Below, in pieces: positions 39,200-53,956 of a stretch of 64,000 nt of DNA. The stretch's first letter is position 1. Each line of letters starts with the position of its first letter. The DNA is from Octopus sinensis (lineage: Eukaryota). The notes beneath the pieces were generated by a model. That model was not told where the DNA came from and did not search any database. It saw nothing but the letters and a program-made list of their open reading frames with translations. A program made the position numbers and the translations under genes. The stretch is from NCBI RefSeq assembly GCF_006345805.1, contig NC_043008.1, positions 28,272,001 through 28,336,000 of the forward strand, in the 5' to 3' direction.

Positions 39200-42100
39200 T
39201 ACGCGTATTCTTATTTGCTGCTATTATTGTTTTTTAAACTTTTTCTCCCCATTGTGGGAGGGGAAAAATTGATCTTTTGCTGCATAGAAAGATATACAAA
39301 GATCGCTGCGCCGAAAGCAGTTAGGCCGTTGGATGCAAAGCAGAGAGAGTTTGACATAGAGCAAGTTCTAAAAATCTAACAAGTTGTGCTGAAGGAGGGA
39401 GACGCTATCAAGCTGGTCCCTCTGCTGGAGACTGAACAATAACAACGACAAGACATTAGTGTACCGCACACAAGCGGTTGCCACAAACAAAATAAAGATG
39501 AGGTATGTGTAGGAGACATAATCAAGAAGAATGTGTAGGAGACATAATTCAAACATTTGTTAGCTGAGAGAAGAGGTATGACACGGTAGAAATGTGGGAT
39601 GCACCAAACGGGAGGCGGCTTTACACTCCACCACTATCCTGAGGTCGGTCAATCTGAAGCTGCTACCAACGTGTAGTGGAAGACGCAGTGTGCGGATCAG
39701 GGTAGCGAGAGTGTCACCCGAAATTGAAACAGATTGGCTTGTGGCAGCTCTTCTGGATGCCACTGAGGACAACCTGAAACTAGGACCTGTAGGAAGGACC
39801 AACATCCTGAACTGATGGGGATATGGCTTTTTGCCACATTTGAAGATATAGAAATGGTCCCTACCAGATTGAGATTGTGAAGGAGAGTTCTCTGCAGGTG
39901 ATTGTGGAAGGACATAGACCCACTTGCTACATTTGTGGAGTTAGAGTCATATGAAGACAAAGTGCTCCATGTACGAGCATATGCAGAGTGAGCATACACA
40001 ACAGAGTGAGAAAGTGGAAGATAAAGAATGAGAAATGGAGTCGGGGGAAAAACTGATCGAAATAAAACAAAAGAGAAGGAAGACAGAACAAAAGCAGCAA
40101 CGGAGAGGAGTGACGGATTTGTCAGCCCCAAAAGAAGAAAGAAAGCAAGAACTAGAGAACAATCACAGGGATCGGCAGCAGAAGCTGAGAAGACGGCCAA
40201 AAAAGGTGAAGAGCCGTCTAAACTTACGCATGAAGTAGAGAAGAAACCAGAGGAGAAGGAGGATTACAAGAATAAGGGATTCATGATTTATTACAAGAAG
40301 AGTGTAGAGGCGGGGAGAAGGATATCTAAGTGGAAGAATATGATAAGGGTGAAACTGCTCAAAGAGAAGTTCGGGGAAAATGAATGATGTGTGCTGGTAA
40401 ACTTCGAAAAGTATAACATTTTGAATTCTTACCATGGATTGGTTACGATGATTGACGGGCCGGTGTTGTGTAATGCAATGCTACCTGTGGTGGAACGTTC
40501 AAAGTTTGAATACTTCAAAGTTTGAAGACATATAATATTAAATATAACATGAAAAATTTTTAAAAAAGATGATTAAAATGTGAACTTTTTCTTTTAAAAA
40601 AATGGAAAGACATGTGAGCTTTTTTTTAAAAGATAGAGAAAAACTGTCCAAATGTAACCTATCGACCCCGGAGAACGAGTGGGAATTACGCTTTATTATA
40701 TTACTTTACATATTTTCATTAGTTTCTTTTGTTTTTCTCCTTTGCTCGATTTCCTTTTTGTACCTTTAATTCCCTGATTTTATGTTTGTCCCATAAAAGA
40801 ATTCTTTATTTAGATCACTATGGGTAATAAAAAAAAAACAAGTTGTTCGAAAACCGTTGCTAGTTGGTCTCGTCCTTCTATGTGAGTTGTTTACTGTGTT
40901 GCTGTTGAATGGTTCAAGGTGGGAGATATTTGTTCATTGTTTGAAGAATTGTTGTTTGTGACTTGTAAAAAAATTGTGCTGATTTGTTTAAAAGCAGGTT
41001 ATTGTTAATTCCCACGCGCGAGGGAATTATTATTTTTTCTGTAGAAGTCGGCTATATTTGTGCGGCGTCAGCCAAAAATTGTTTTGAAAAATATTGTTTG
41101 TGCCATTTTTTGTGGACGATATCACCATCATCGTGACCGAGATGGAACACCTACATAAGTTAGGCGAATCTAGTAAGGCTTACGAGACGGTGGAAGGAGC
41201 AAAGATTAACCGGGAAAAATAAGTCGGCTTGCAACTCGGCACCTAGATGGGAACGTCGATGTCTGCGAATAGCGTCCTGGGAAGTTGCACGGAGGGCCCT
41301 GTTAAGTTGCTGGGTGTCTGGTTTGGCCCAGATCTCCAGGTAGAAAAGAACTGAACTGAGGTGTCGAACAAGGTGACCCTCGTAGTCAAGACCTTGTCCT
41401 CAGTGGCTATCCTTGAATGGGCGGGTGGAGGTGGCCAATGTGTTCCTCGCTGCGATTATCATTTACCGCGTAACCGTCGATCCATGTCGAGATTCGTGGT
41501 TGAGCAAGTTGGAGAGGCAGATCTTCCGCTTCTTGTGGAAGGGCTCGACTCCACTTGTGAGACGTTCTATCAGATGTGAAAAACCGTGGGCTAGGGACGC
41601 ATTGGCAGTTTATGCCCAAAGATGCGTTGAGGTTGAGGTATCTCTGTGTTTATCTGCATGGTGAACGGGTGTGGTCTCTGCTTGCGAAACATATGCTTCC
41701 CAAGTTCACTAGTTTTGGTGGACGAGAAAGCTGGTTTCGTCGAAGATCGAGGTTCGGTACTTGGTATACTGTGTGCCGTAAGGCTCCCCTACAGTTCCGT
41801 AGCTCGGGCAATGCCTGTGGTTTTGGTACAACCGCATCTTTTTATAGCAGGTTGGTAGAGGCTGGATGTGTCAACACACTAGGGCAGACCTTATGTTTCG
41901 ATGATAATTAGTTAGACAGTCTGTTCCAAAGGACATTCAGGCCGAAACCACTGGTTAACTTCCAAAAGTCTCTGACCTAGCTGTGTTACGGAGGAACCTT
42001 ACCCGTTCGGGATAAGCTCACTAGACACGGCCATCCCAGCACATCGGCCAGTGAAAGATGCGAGAAGAACTGGGAAAACATCCTGCACGCTATTGTTCAG

Positions 42101-42700
42101 AGTCTGGAAGTGTGGGCTTATGTAGAACACCTGCTGTTAGATGCAAGAATAGTACAGCTGTCGTCTGAGTCAATTTTAAAAATTAACCCACCGGATTTCC
42201 TTACGAAAGAAGGTAAGAATTGTTTTCTCGCGGTAGTAGCAATCGTGAAAGAGGTGATATGGAAGTCGCGAATGAAAGGATTGGTGATGGGCTGCTTCAC
42301 CTCTGGCCTCGGTTTGGTGAGATTTTTCACAAGTCACCTGAAAAAGAATGTGGGTCTGTCAGTGAGAATGTACAAAGACAGATGGGCACGTGTAGCACGA
42401 ATGCTGTGTGTGAAAGACACTGCGTAAACATGTCTGAAGGGTTACCAAAAGGTGTTGGTAGTGGAACAGGGCTCGTGGGATCGGAACTAAAACCTATTCT
42501 CCCGCCTCGTTTTCATGTTTTTTCAATTTGTTTTGTAATTTGTGTTACCATCCGATTTCCTTTCGACATCGTTGTCAATTTCTAAATCTCATTTTGTGTG
42601 CCTAACCCCAAATCAGGCTCTATTGACTCCTCTATGTAGGCCCCGTGTGGGCTATGAAGAAACAAGTTTTTCGAAAACCGAGGTACTACTGTATATATAT
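39200..42700 (+). mobile_element. Degenerate, internally deleted Tx1/L1-clade LINE
   Basis: ORF1-like region with a CYIC..GH..TKC zinc knuckle (~39925-39970). ORF2 remnant reads FVDDITIIV..YETVEGAKINREK..VKLLGVWFGP, then LPVRDKL.RHG, a zinc-finger relic and VWAYVE. No APE domain is seen. Confidence 0.75.
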
Positions 42701-45700
42701 ATATATATACTCCTCTTATTCAATTTTTGAATTATTGTTATTCCTTTAAATTTGATTCTTTTGGAGGTCCTGGAATGTTGCACAGGCATCCTACCTTACA
42801 CACATGTATATAATGATTTACATCAGAAGCAAATTCATTTATTTTCCTTATCTTTTTTAAAGTATTATTTAATGTTAACATTAGTTCCATTTATTTCTCG
42901 TACAATCGATTTTTAGATTTATGCAAATTCAAAGATGTTTCTTTTTTTTCGAAGTGTTTTGCATTTAAAATATGTTCTTTATATTTAATTTATGTGTATT
43001 AGGTGCAGGAATAATGTGTTGAATGAAGGAATAAACATTCTCCTCTCTTTTGTACCCGTACCTATGTCTTGAAATGAACCTGCGGGCACTTCATAAATAA
43101 TTTTCAAATAATTCCATCTATATAGGTATCAGGTACTTTCCATTCTATATGTAACAGCATGTTATTTTATTAATGGTCTCTGAACAGATTTGGGAATAAA
43201 TTGATTTTTATACTGTTTTCTCCCTATGGTTTTCAGTTCACATATCGATCGCTTTTATTGAAGCAATAATTAAGAATTAGAATTGGGATGATGCATAGAT
43301 AAGAAAAGCAGTAATACTAATACCAAAAATTTGGTATTATTATTACCATACAGTATAATTCTGGTGATCAAGTATCATAGTGTATGCAATTCCTCCCTTA
43401 AGTTTAATCGAGGTGCTATGAACTGAAATAACTAGAATTTTCATCAAAGAGCTAAATTGTTTTATTGTTTATACACGTTTATGTGTTTACTACAATCTAT
43501 AAGGCTGTAGTTTTTTGTTAATAGTTATGTTAACAACTATTTCATCCCTTTCTAGAATCATCCGCACAGATTAATTTGAGTTAAGCTAAACTTAGCAATC
43601 TTCAGTATCTTATTATATTAGACATGTCTTATAGAGAGAAGAGTGTTTATTATTTGAAAGACGTTCCGGAGTTTCAGTTTTTTCGTATTAGATTGTCAAT
43701 TGTTCATCAGTAGGAAAGAAAGAAAGAGAGACGGAGATAGATAGATAAATAGCCAGAGGGAGAGAGAGAGAGAACGAATAGAGTTTATTAAATGCAGGCA
43801 AATAATTTAAGAGCAAGTCTGACTTTCAAAAGCTTTCATTATATAGATTCAATTACAATGTTCTCTACAAAAGAATTTCACAAGCCGGTTTTGTATACTT
43901 TTGCGACTGCAGATAGAAGTCTCAAACTGGTATTTCATATTGTTGTATCCGTAGAGATGAGTTAAAATAGATATTTTTTTATTCTTTTCAATGCGAGTAC
44001 TGTTGCCCGTTTTTAGTGGATATTTTAGGAAGGCGCAGCTAGAGTAGTTCGAACATTTGCTGTTACCCCTTGTGTCCAAGTTTCATATAGGTGACAATCC
44101 CTTCTAAATTTATTTTAGTTAGGTAAGATTCGAGTGTTTCGACTGTACATCAAAGAGTAAATGGTATAGAATAAATGCCCCAATATTTTGTTCACGTCAC
44201 ACAATGGGAATACATCCATGATAGAACCGAATACAGACTCATTAATACCTTAAACCTGACGAGTTGGATGACATCTGGCACACATACAAACACTCATGCA
44301 CACATATGCTATTACACACAGGCATACATAAGTGCAGCTGTCTCGTCATTATGCTGTGCATTATGTTATGGATCCTAGAAGTGTGACATTTTGAATGGAA
44401 GTCAACTTATGTTGTTTGATAAAACCTGTTATATACGCCTATTTATCTCAGGAGAATGTTAATTGTGTTGGTCAGCATATCATAGACTTCGAATAGTTTA
44501 GCCTCAAAATAATTGCAGTGATTTTCTCTTTCTGAAATATAGCGTTATATTTTTAACAATAAGTAAATGAAGATGACGAGAAGAAGAAAGTTCTCTCAAA
44601 GGTATTCATTAAACGGACATCACAGTTTCAAAATCACATATGTAAATGTAATCGTTGTAAAGAATTCTGCGTGTCGACGAAGGTCAGCAATGCAGAAAGA
44701 AAAAAACTAAAACTCGTCGTTCACGATAGACACGTCGAAAGGTGTTATATATATATTAGTCATTTTTATTTGGAGAATTGCATCACCATGATCGAGTAGG
44801 GGGAAATTATATTTCTACGAATATTTATGTTGACCTGCATACAGCAAGATCTTCTCATCCCCTTTCTTATCAGTTGTAGTTCTCCAATTGCAACAGCTAC
44901 GAGTTCTCCAGTCACTTGCAAAATAAAAATATTGACTTTGTCTTGGATAATGACGCCTTTTACTTTTCTATGAGTATGAATATGAATGTTCCAGGTAATA
45001 GTAACAGCACTGTTGTCAGTAACCGTGTTAACCCATTAAATGCCAAAATTTTAATTAATATTTTTTAGGGGTTAAAATAATATATAATATTTAAATCTTC
45101 TTCGTATGGTAATCATTTTGGAAATTATTATAAATTTTTCGAAAAATCCCAAATGGGAATCGCTGAAAGAAAAAAGCATAATGATTCTTTTCTCTTCAAT
45201 TACAACAATAAAGAATTTAGTGTTTTGCTATACTATAGTATCAAATGCGAATGTGTATGAAATATCAATGAATAATATAGATGGAAAACAGTGTTTTCAA
45301 AGCAGTTAATATTTCTGTAGTTCAAAATCTTAAATGTCCTCTAGAAATAGCCAGCTACTAACGACAAATTTTACCTATTAAATATTGTGAAACACACCTC
45401 TGCAAAAGCAATTCACTTAAGCAATTCACATGAAATACAACGAAAACCCGGTATTGTGACTGTTTTTAGCAGATCGCCAAATGGGGCTCATGGCAAGCAA
45501 TATGTTAAGCTGATACAGTTAAATGCTCTCATTACTTAGTGCCAGATGTATAATTCACATAGCAAGTACACACCAGCCTTTTTTATTCTTTCACCGTATT
45601 CTGACGTTGAGAGCAACCGTTCTGTCAAAATCCTGCATTGTAGATGTTCTCCATCCATAACGAAGCAATGGTGATGATCTCTGTTTGATGTTCCTGTGAA

Positions 45701-48414
45701 GTAATTAAAATAACTTTTTGTTCATTTCTCATCCAGCGCTCTCAAGCAACGTGTTTCGTTTACTAAACCCATGTCTGAATCCAGGTACTTCATTTTCTCA
45801 TCATTAATGTAATAGAAGCTTGGTACCGAAATTGATATGCTTCTTCATCCATGTGGCATAATTTATTTCATCTCAGTGTCTGATGATGTGTTTTCTAGTT
45901 AACTCTTTTCAATGTTGTACATATTCATTGTTGAAGTATATCCGAAGTGTTACGATTAAGAGGTTTGTGTCTTCTGTTATGTTACGTTTAATTCGATAGC
46001 AGGACTCTTAAACCTGAGTTAGACTTTAAATAGATAAAGTCATTCTGATGCGCTTAATAGGTACAGCTATCGATACCTAGCTTCCCACGACACTTCGTCT
46101 CAACAGGTCAGAAAACTTATCTTGAAATTCAGTTTTTTTCACGTTACTCAGTTTCCATTAATGATGTAATTCCGAGTATTGATAGTGCGCTTGTAGATAT
46201 CAATCTCATATCTCACTCCGTAAATTTCTTAAGGCACTATACCCTCAAATGTACTGCTGTACCAGTGTTTTGCCTTTATAATTGATTATCAGATATTGTG
46301 ACCGTCGTCCACTTTCAACTGCATGTATCCACCAGATTGTGGAATTTGGAAGCACGCCAGCCTGAAAAGAAATACTAAAACTAAAATCTCGTGATATTAT
46401 ATCCATTAGGCAGCGAAATAGAAGACGCATGCGGAATAATACGATCGTTGGATGCAAAATACAGACAGACCAAAATTTCTCCTCGAGTTAAAAAAAAATA
46501 CTAATTCCATACTACCCGGAAAATATATTTAAGAATTATTGTTTAAGTATTAGAGAATATATTACAAAAGGGCAATAAAAAAATAAACTCACCGTTTATG
46601 TCCCATGTGGCCCTTTTTCAAGCATGAAAGGAAAGGAGTATATGTAACTGTTAATGACATCTGTTGTACATGTAAGTGTTTAATATAAAGAATAGTCTCT
46701 CACAAAGGATGGACATTAATAATCTATGAAGCATACAGATAATATTGTGTTACATAAAGCTTGTGATTAATACATAAAATAAACGAAATATCTTAAATAA
46801 TGGCATATACAGAAAAAAGCTAATGCTTCCATATTAATAAGTGTTATTATTATCATTAGAAAAGCTTAAATACATTTCAAATATATGTTTTTAAATAAAA
46901 TAGGACCGTTTTTACACTGTGTAGCCGTTTCTGTAATAAGAAACACGAACTGATATCAAGTAGTCCGACAGCTAACGTTGAAGTGAGTATTTGTATTGTT
47001 ACACAACATCTTAGACATAGTCTTTAAAATATGTAGAAAAAATTATGATCATTATGTTAATTTACAAATATATATAATTCAGATGGAAACTACTAAGAGG
47101 ATTCGAATCATGAAGCATTCTTTCAAATGCAGACGAAATAATGAAAAATTCTATCGGATATTCAAGATATTCTGACTTATATATATAGAAACGCTAGATT
47201 GTAAGAAAATATCAAATTATTCAATACATTCTTATTTCACTACGTTTCGTTTTTCTGTTTTATTGTTTATTACTGTAATATGCATAAACGAAGTGTCGAT
47301 ATGTATTAAAATATCAACTTGCTCCTCAAAATTAAAGTAAAAAAAAGTCAGTAGCAATCACGTTAGCATAACGAAACTAAGGCAATGCATTTCGCATCAT
47401 ATTTAAATTAATACACCGGGTGATAAGTTTCAAAAACTTACATACACTTCGGTGTCAGATATGTCACTTTCGAAAGTCACATCATTAAGTATGTTTCTTA
47501 AGAAGTTAAAATATATCACGTTTTCATTTCTTAACTTTATACCCGATTTTTCTTCAATAATTTAGGCACTTCTTTAGCAGGGAACTCTAATGTCATTTGA
47601 TATATGTAAATTTGTAAACATGCATTTTATTATATGCATATCAAGCTAGGACATATGACAAGTTAATTATATGAGATTGTTTTCTTATTTAAACAAAATT
47701 GCACTGACTACATAATACATGCATCACGCAGCCAATATGTATCCATTAGGAAAAAAATTGAATACAACACGTTATGTCTAGAATGATAATACGTAGTAAC
47801 ATGCTAGTAAACTATTAAGCCGATACAAGATCATTGCCATAGTTCATAGGGAAGTTCAGCTGAAAACATCCGTTACCTTAATTACAACAAACAAAACGTT
47901 TATACGAAAGATATGATAATCAATATTCGTACACAGCTGTGTAAAATACGTTATGCAAATTTCTCTAACATATTGTAACCGTGTGAATGAATTGAAACAG
48001 TGTTGTTTATAACTATATTTTCACTCGTTGAATTATGACTGTCACATATCAATCGCAAAATATAATTAGCCCTACATAGAAACATTCGTATAATAAACTA
48101 AGGTTATAGAAACATTCGTATAATAAACTATGCATATTGCTTTCTATTACATTCAGTTTATACTAATCCGGGATGGTGTATTATGCATTTGAATCATCCG
48201 AATTTCAAATAAATAATTGTGAAATAATTAACTAATTGTTATGAAACAGCAAGCTACTTGACTGAAGAAAAACATGTTGCGGGCAAGTTACAGAATGATA
48301 TCATATATACCTACATGATTGCATGTGTGTGTGCGCGCGCGTGTGCATATGTGCACAATTCAAATAAATAAGGAAAACCATCCATCTACACAGCGTTTTC
48401 TTACAGTTATTTAT

Positions 48415-48620
48415 AAGGCGGTGAGCTGGAAAATCTTAAGCGTGTCGTGTAAAATGCTTAGCGGCAATTCGTCCGTCCTTAAGTTCTGATTTCAAATTCC
48501 CCAAGGTCGACTTTCTTTGCCTTTCACCTTTTCGGGCTCGATAAATTAAGTATTAATGAAACACTGGGGACGATGTAACCGATTAGTCCTTCTCAGCTAT
48601 ATTTCGGGCCATGTGCCCAC
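48415..48620 (+). mobile_element. SINE, family D
   Basis: GGCGGTGAGCTGG..AAATGCTTAGCGG..AGGTCGACTTT..TCGATAAATTAAGTA; related copies at 60700-60890, 60985-61125 and 61320-61445. Confidence 0.7.
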
Positions 48621-49137
48621 AGTGTATTAAGTTCATGCATCTGTCTAACATATATTTTGGCTTTTATGCACTTATTACTTGCATCTCGTTTCTTCATCGA
48701 TATCTGGATAGAACCATGGTTAAAAACAAGACCATGCAGCTTTATTCAAGTTATTAGAACCATTAAAATCTGAAGCGAACTCAGTATAATGGTATAGATA
48801 GTCTTAGACATTTGGTAAGATCATTTAACGTTGCGTAAAATGAATAATAAAGGAAGTTGTAAGAAATCTGATATGGCTCTAATGTCCCTAATCAGATCGA
48901 CCAAAGGGCAATCCCAACGTTTGAATTGAGAATAATGAATTTTAAGTATTAAACTAAGCCAGAATTAATTTCGCTCATTTGCCTTGTGTGATATAAATAG
49001 GAAGATATTTAAGAATAGGTCCTTAGAATTAAGTGTCATATGCACCCAGTAAACATTTTATAAATCAACGGAGTAAAGTGGGGATATATCGGGTGAAACG
49101 CATACAGACATAGATATGCATTATATATATATATATA

Positions 49138-49973
49138 CCACTTCTTAATTTGAGCGGAGGCAATGCGAGCAGGAACTAAAGGAACATTACTAAGATCCAC
49201 TCTCAAATATCAAATACACGCATATATTCATATATTCATTTATATCTACAGAACGAACATAAAATTCGACATATATAAATAAAATAACATATATAAATGG
49301 ATAAAAATGATATAATACATATATAAACATATTAGAATCTGTGTTACATCCAAAACACTGTGAATTTACGCCTAAAGTAATAAAACATTGGTATAATTAA
49401 TAATTTGGGATAATAAATCATAAAAAGGACATATTAAAATGACGTATTAATTCCAGAAAAAATACCGAAAAAAAATATTACAAAAATTACAAAATTTTCT
49501 TATATTGCTGATATGTAATTGTTTCTATGTATTGTGTGTTGTTTGTAAATAATATCCTGATGATGGGAGTGTCACTTTCGAAAATATGAAATGTATAATA
49601 TTAACTGGCGCGTCTCCGGCTGGCTGTAGAGGAAAACTTTTGTATTTTCTCTGGAATTTTAATACGCCATTTTAATATGTACTTTTTATGTTTTATTATC
49701 CCAAATTTTTAATTATGCCAATGTTTTATTCCTTTAGGCGTAAATTCACTGTGTTTTGTATGTAACATTGATTCTTATATATTTATATTATATGATTTTT
49801 ATCTATATATATATATATTATTATATTTATATATGTCGAATTTTATATCCATTCTGTAGATATAATTGAATATATGAATATATATATACATATGTATCTG
49901 ATCTTTGAGTGTGGGTCTTAGTAACGTTCCTTCATTTCCTGCTCGCATTGCCTCCGCTCAAATTATGAAGTGG
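49138..49973. repeat. Fold-back element: ~330-bp imperfect inverted arms around a spacer with an HHR relic
   Basis: 49138-49467 versus the reverse complement of ~49640-49973 (for example CCACTTCTTAATTTGAGCGGAGGCAATGCGAGCAGGAA and its inverse). The spacer has CTGATGA-T-GGGAGTG/CACTTTC-GAAA..GTA at 49557-49595. Confidence 0.85.
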
Positions 49974-50052
49974 AATCACTACAATTCAAGTCTGTATGCT
50001 ATTTGGAGTATTGTTATTACTAGCAATCTCAAGATATAACTGTGTATTTCGC

Positions 50053-50092
<40 letters not shown>

Positions 50093-51564
50093 ATTATTGC
50101 AGAAAGACCGCCCTCCGGGCGGTTTTGTGCTAGCCCCCATAATATTTTCACATTTTACTTCCAATTCTAAGAAATTTTATATGTTACGTCAAATTATTTC
50201 TTTGTATAAAAGTGATAAATTACCTTGTAACTATTGCTTTCATTATTTTATCAAAGTCATAATCTCCCTTTTTTAACAAACATTACTGTAGTCCAACAAG
50301 GGGGGGGGGAATTTTGTCAAGTTTTTATCTTTCACTCAAAGCAACATAGATATTTCATTCAGCAGCCCATTTGTATGCTTTGCAGTGTGTGTATATGTAA
50401 TAGTGAGACAGAGGGGAAGAAAGAGAACATTGCAAGCAATGAGGGAAATATATATGAAATGAAAAATCGCATTATTACAGATGTATACGCCACCCGGCTT
50501 TGTTGCCTCGTAATATCCAGAAAAATACTTAATTTTTAAGAAAATTGTCTACAAATACTGTTTAAATGTTGCCGCGTCAGAGTATTTAGAGATTTATTGG
50601 AAAGAATTTTTCCGAGGGATAGAGAGAGGAGTTTCGAAAATTCCAACGATCTAACTGTTTTTCCTTATATCTTTCAGGAAGATGGATATCATTTTATGAT
50701 CATTGATACAAATATCCTGCAAGGGCATCGATTATGATTATAAAGAAATTTAAGAGAAATGTTCGGAGATTTTCCCCAATTTTTTAAACTATAGCTTTCG
50801 AAATTTTGGGGTTGAGGGCAAGCATCTTTATATGAAAAAGTTTTGAAAATTCTTTTCTTTACACCCAGCTCCTTCATTATCCCACACTTGGCCAATATTT
50901 GTTTGCACTTCAAAACGATTGGAAGACAATTTTCGGTAAAAAAAATTGATAATATTTTCGGAGTGAAAAATGAGTGATCTAAGGGCGATTTCGCTATTGT
51001 TTCTAGGACATTCAAAACAACCCTTTTCATTTCTTTATCACTCGCGCTTGTATTAAAGTTTTTAAATAATTGTTTCCCAGAAATACCTTTATATGCTATA
51101 AAGAGAAAAGTTTAGAATTATGAAACGTGGCAAACCCAGTCCCTGCTCCCGATTGTTTCTGTTTAGAAATTAAAATATTGGAGAGCCTGAGAAGTTCATT
51201 GCTAGCATTTATTCACAGTGACTTAAAGAAACACGGCGATGTACGTGCATAGCAAGTGACTGGATCTGAGATCGTGTGCTGAAAAAAAAAAGAAACCAAT
51301 TGCAGCGTGGAAGATTAGTTTCACTTCAACATTAATATTTCATTTGTGTCAAAATATTTCCTTCCTTTTGAAACAGCAACCTGTTCACTGACAAAAATTC
51401 ACAGAAGTGATAGAGCACGAAGTTTTGTCAGTGAACAACAAACGCATACATATATACACACATTCATTGCCTTTTATTTGTATGTATGTGTATATATGTG
51501 TGTGCGCGAGTTTGTATTGGTGTGTCATTGTTGAAGTCACTGGTGCAACACGTTTGTGTATATA

Positions 51565-52843
51565 CGAGGGGCGTCCAATAAGTAATGCCCCTGACCCACT
51601 TCCCATAGGAGTAGAGCAACGAAACTTGGCACAGTTATTAGGCTTTTTCTACATAGGAACCACCCAGAGTTACGCATTTCTCCCATTGTTTGATGCAGCT
51701 CTGGAGACCGTTTTTGGAGAAGACCCTAGCTTGGTCCTCCAACCTGAACGTGACTTCAGAAATCAAGGCTGCATCACCTGGGAAACGCTTTCCTTTCAAA
51801 AACAACTTCATGACTGGGAAGAGGTGAAAATCAGAGGGTGCAAGGTGAGGAAAGTAGGGGGATGGGGGAGGAGTTCATAGCCATACGCCTGTGCTTCTGA
51901 TCTGGCGACAAGCGAGTTGTGGACCGGAGCGTTGTCCTGCAGGAGGAGGATGCCTTTGCTGATCTTGCCCCGCCTCTTGATTTTGATAACTTCTCTTAAT
52001 TTCCTCAAAAGTGAAGCATGATAGGCTCCTGTAATTGTGGTACCCTTTGCCAGGAAATCTGTCATCACTAGTCCGTCCTGGTCCCAGAAGACAGTGAGCA
52101 TGACCTTGCCGGCGGAGGGCTACACCATTGCCTTCTTTGGATGGGGTGAGTCACGGTGCTTCCACTGCATTGACTGGGCTTTGGTCTCTGGATCATCGTG
52201 ATGGACCCAGGTTTCATCCTGTGTAATCAGTCTTTTGAAAAATTTTGACTCATCTTCTTGGCACATCTCCAAATTCACCCTCGAGCACTCGACGCGTTCT
52301 TGCTTCTGGAAAGGCGTGAGCAACCTGGGAATCCATCTGGCAGACACCTTTTGCATATGCAAATGGTCATGAATGATAGTTTCCACAGACCCGGTACTAA
52401 TCTTGACCCCATGGGCTATTTGGCGAATAATTATGCGTCTATCTTCCAAAATGGCAGCCTCAACTTGACGGACAGATGTCTCATCAATGGTAGAAGGGGC
52501 GACCAGATCTGGGAGCAGTATCCACAGAGTTCCGACCATGTTTGAATTCACGATGCCAGCGTTTTACAAGGCCATATGATGGGGCATCATCACCATAAGT
52601 TACTTTCATTTCATCAAAAGTCTCCCGTGGTGTGCGTCCTTTCAAATACAAAAACCGGATCACTGCTCGACACTCAACAGGCTCCATTTCACACTTGACT
52701 CGGTTCAAACACCTGTAAATCAGAAACCACAATTAATTCAGAGCTGTAATTTGCCACTTTCTCTATAGAGATATAAATGATTGCACATGCAAAATTCAAC
52801 AACTGCAAGTGGGTCAGAGTCATTACTTATTGAACGTCTCTCG
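51565..52843 (-). mobile_element. Full-length mariner (irritans-like, DD34D), frameshifted transposase, ~38-bp TIRs and TA TSD
   Basis: MEPVECRAVIRFLYLKG..PRSGRP; ARWIPRLL; ITQDETWVHH; VFWDQDG; LLQDNAPVH; YFPHLAPSDFHLFP. TIRs CGAGGGGCGTCCAATAAGTAATGCCCCTGACCCACTT and its inverse, with TA on both sides; 1279 bp. Confidence 0.95.
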
Positions 52844-53874
52844 TATTGGCTTAGTGGTATAGATTATTTGGAAAGATTGAAAGAGGTGCAAGTTTTGTGC
52901 ACTTGTCGGTATGATTTTTCTCCTCGTTTTCTAATAGTAATTACTCATCTTCTAGGCTCTTCTCACAGCTATCCCACGTTCAAAAATTATACGTGTATTC
53001 TTAAAAATTTTGATTAGCTATCGTGACATCCATTTGACGAAAACTGCCTAAATTTGACAAAAAATATTTCATGGGTATAAACACACAGCATATTAACGGT
53101 AATCTATTTAGCATTTGATAATTATTCATTTCAATGCGAATTCTTTTGATTTCCTAAAACTTATTATTCGATTCGTTGTTTTAATTTCACAGCGTTTTGG
53201 AATTTGATTAGGTAAGGGCATTATATTTCTCAAGCAAAATGTAAGGATCTTGCGCACTAGACTTCGTGACATCAATTTGACGGAATCTGCCCCAAAGCGT
53301 AAAATCTTGCCATATTACGCACATGCACAAAAATGACGCCGACACGGGTTCATTACCTGGCCCTATTAATTTTTTCTTCAGATTGGTCCTACCGATCAAT
53401 ATAAATAATTTTTTTTTTAAATATAGAAAGTTTACAAAATATCTTTCATGGCTATAATCAGACATGTTATTAACTGTAACTTATTACGGTGTACTTCAGC
53501 TAGTACATATACATATACATACACACACACACACTCACACACACACACACACACACACACATACATACATACATACATACATACATACATGCATACATAC
53601 ATACATACATACATACGTACATATATACACATACATATAGATAAGGGATTGTCCTTTACGTTGACTTTCTTGTTTTTCTATTTGATTCTTTCGTTGTTCG
53701 CAAAAAAGCTCATTTTCCATGCTTTTATTTCACGTTCTCCTTTTCCATGTTGTTTACGTTTCATGACGTTCTGCACTCACATATGCATATGTATATACAT
53801 ATATATGTAAGTATGTACATTTATGTATGTATATATGCATATATATATACATATATATATATATGCACACACAA

Positions 53875-53905
<31 letters not shown>

Positions 53906-53910
53906 CATAT

Positions 53911-53949
<39 letters not shown>

Positions 53950-53956
<7 letters not shown>

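Noticed and set aside
51382-51437. 15-bp perfect inverted repeat with a 26-nt spacer
   Set aside because: No ribozyme, terminator or element-boundary evidence; probably part of an unclassified repeat.
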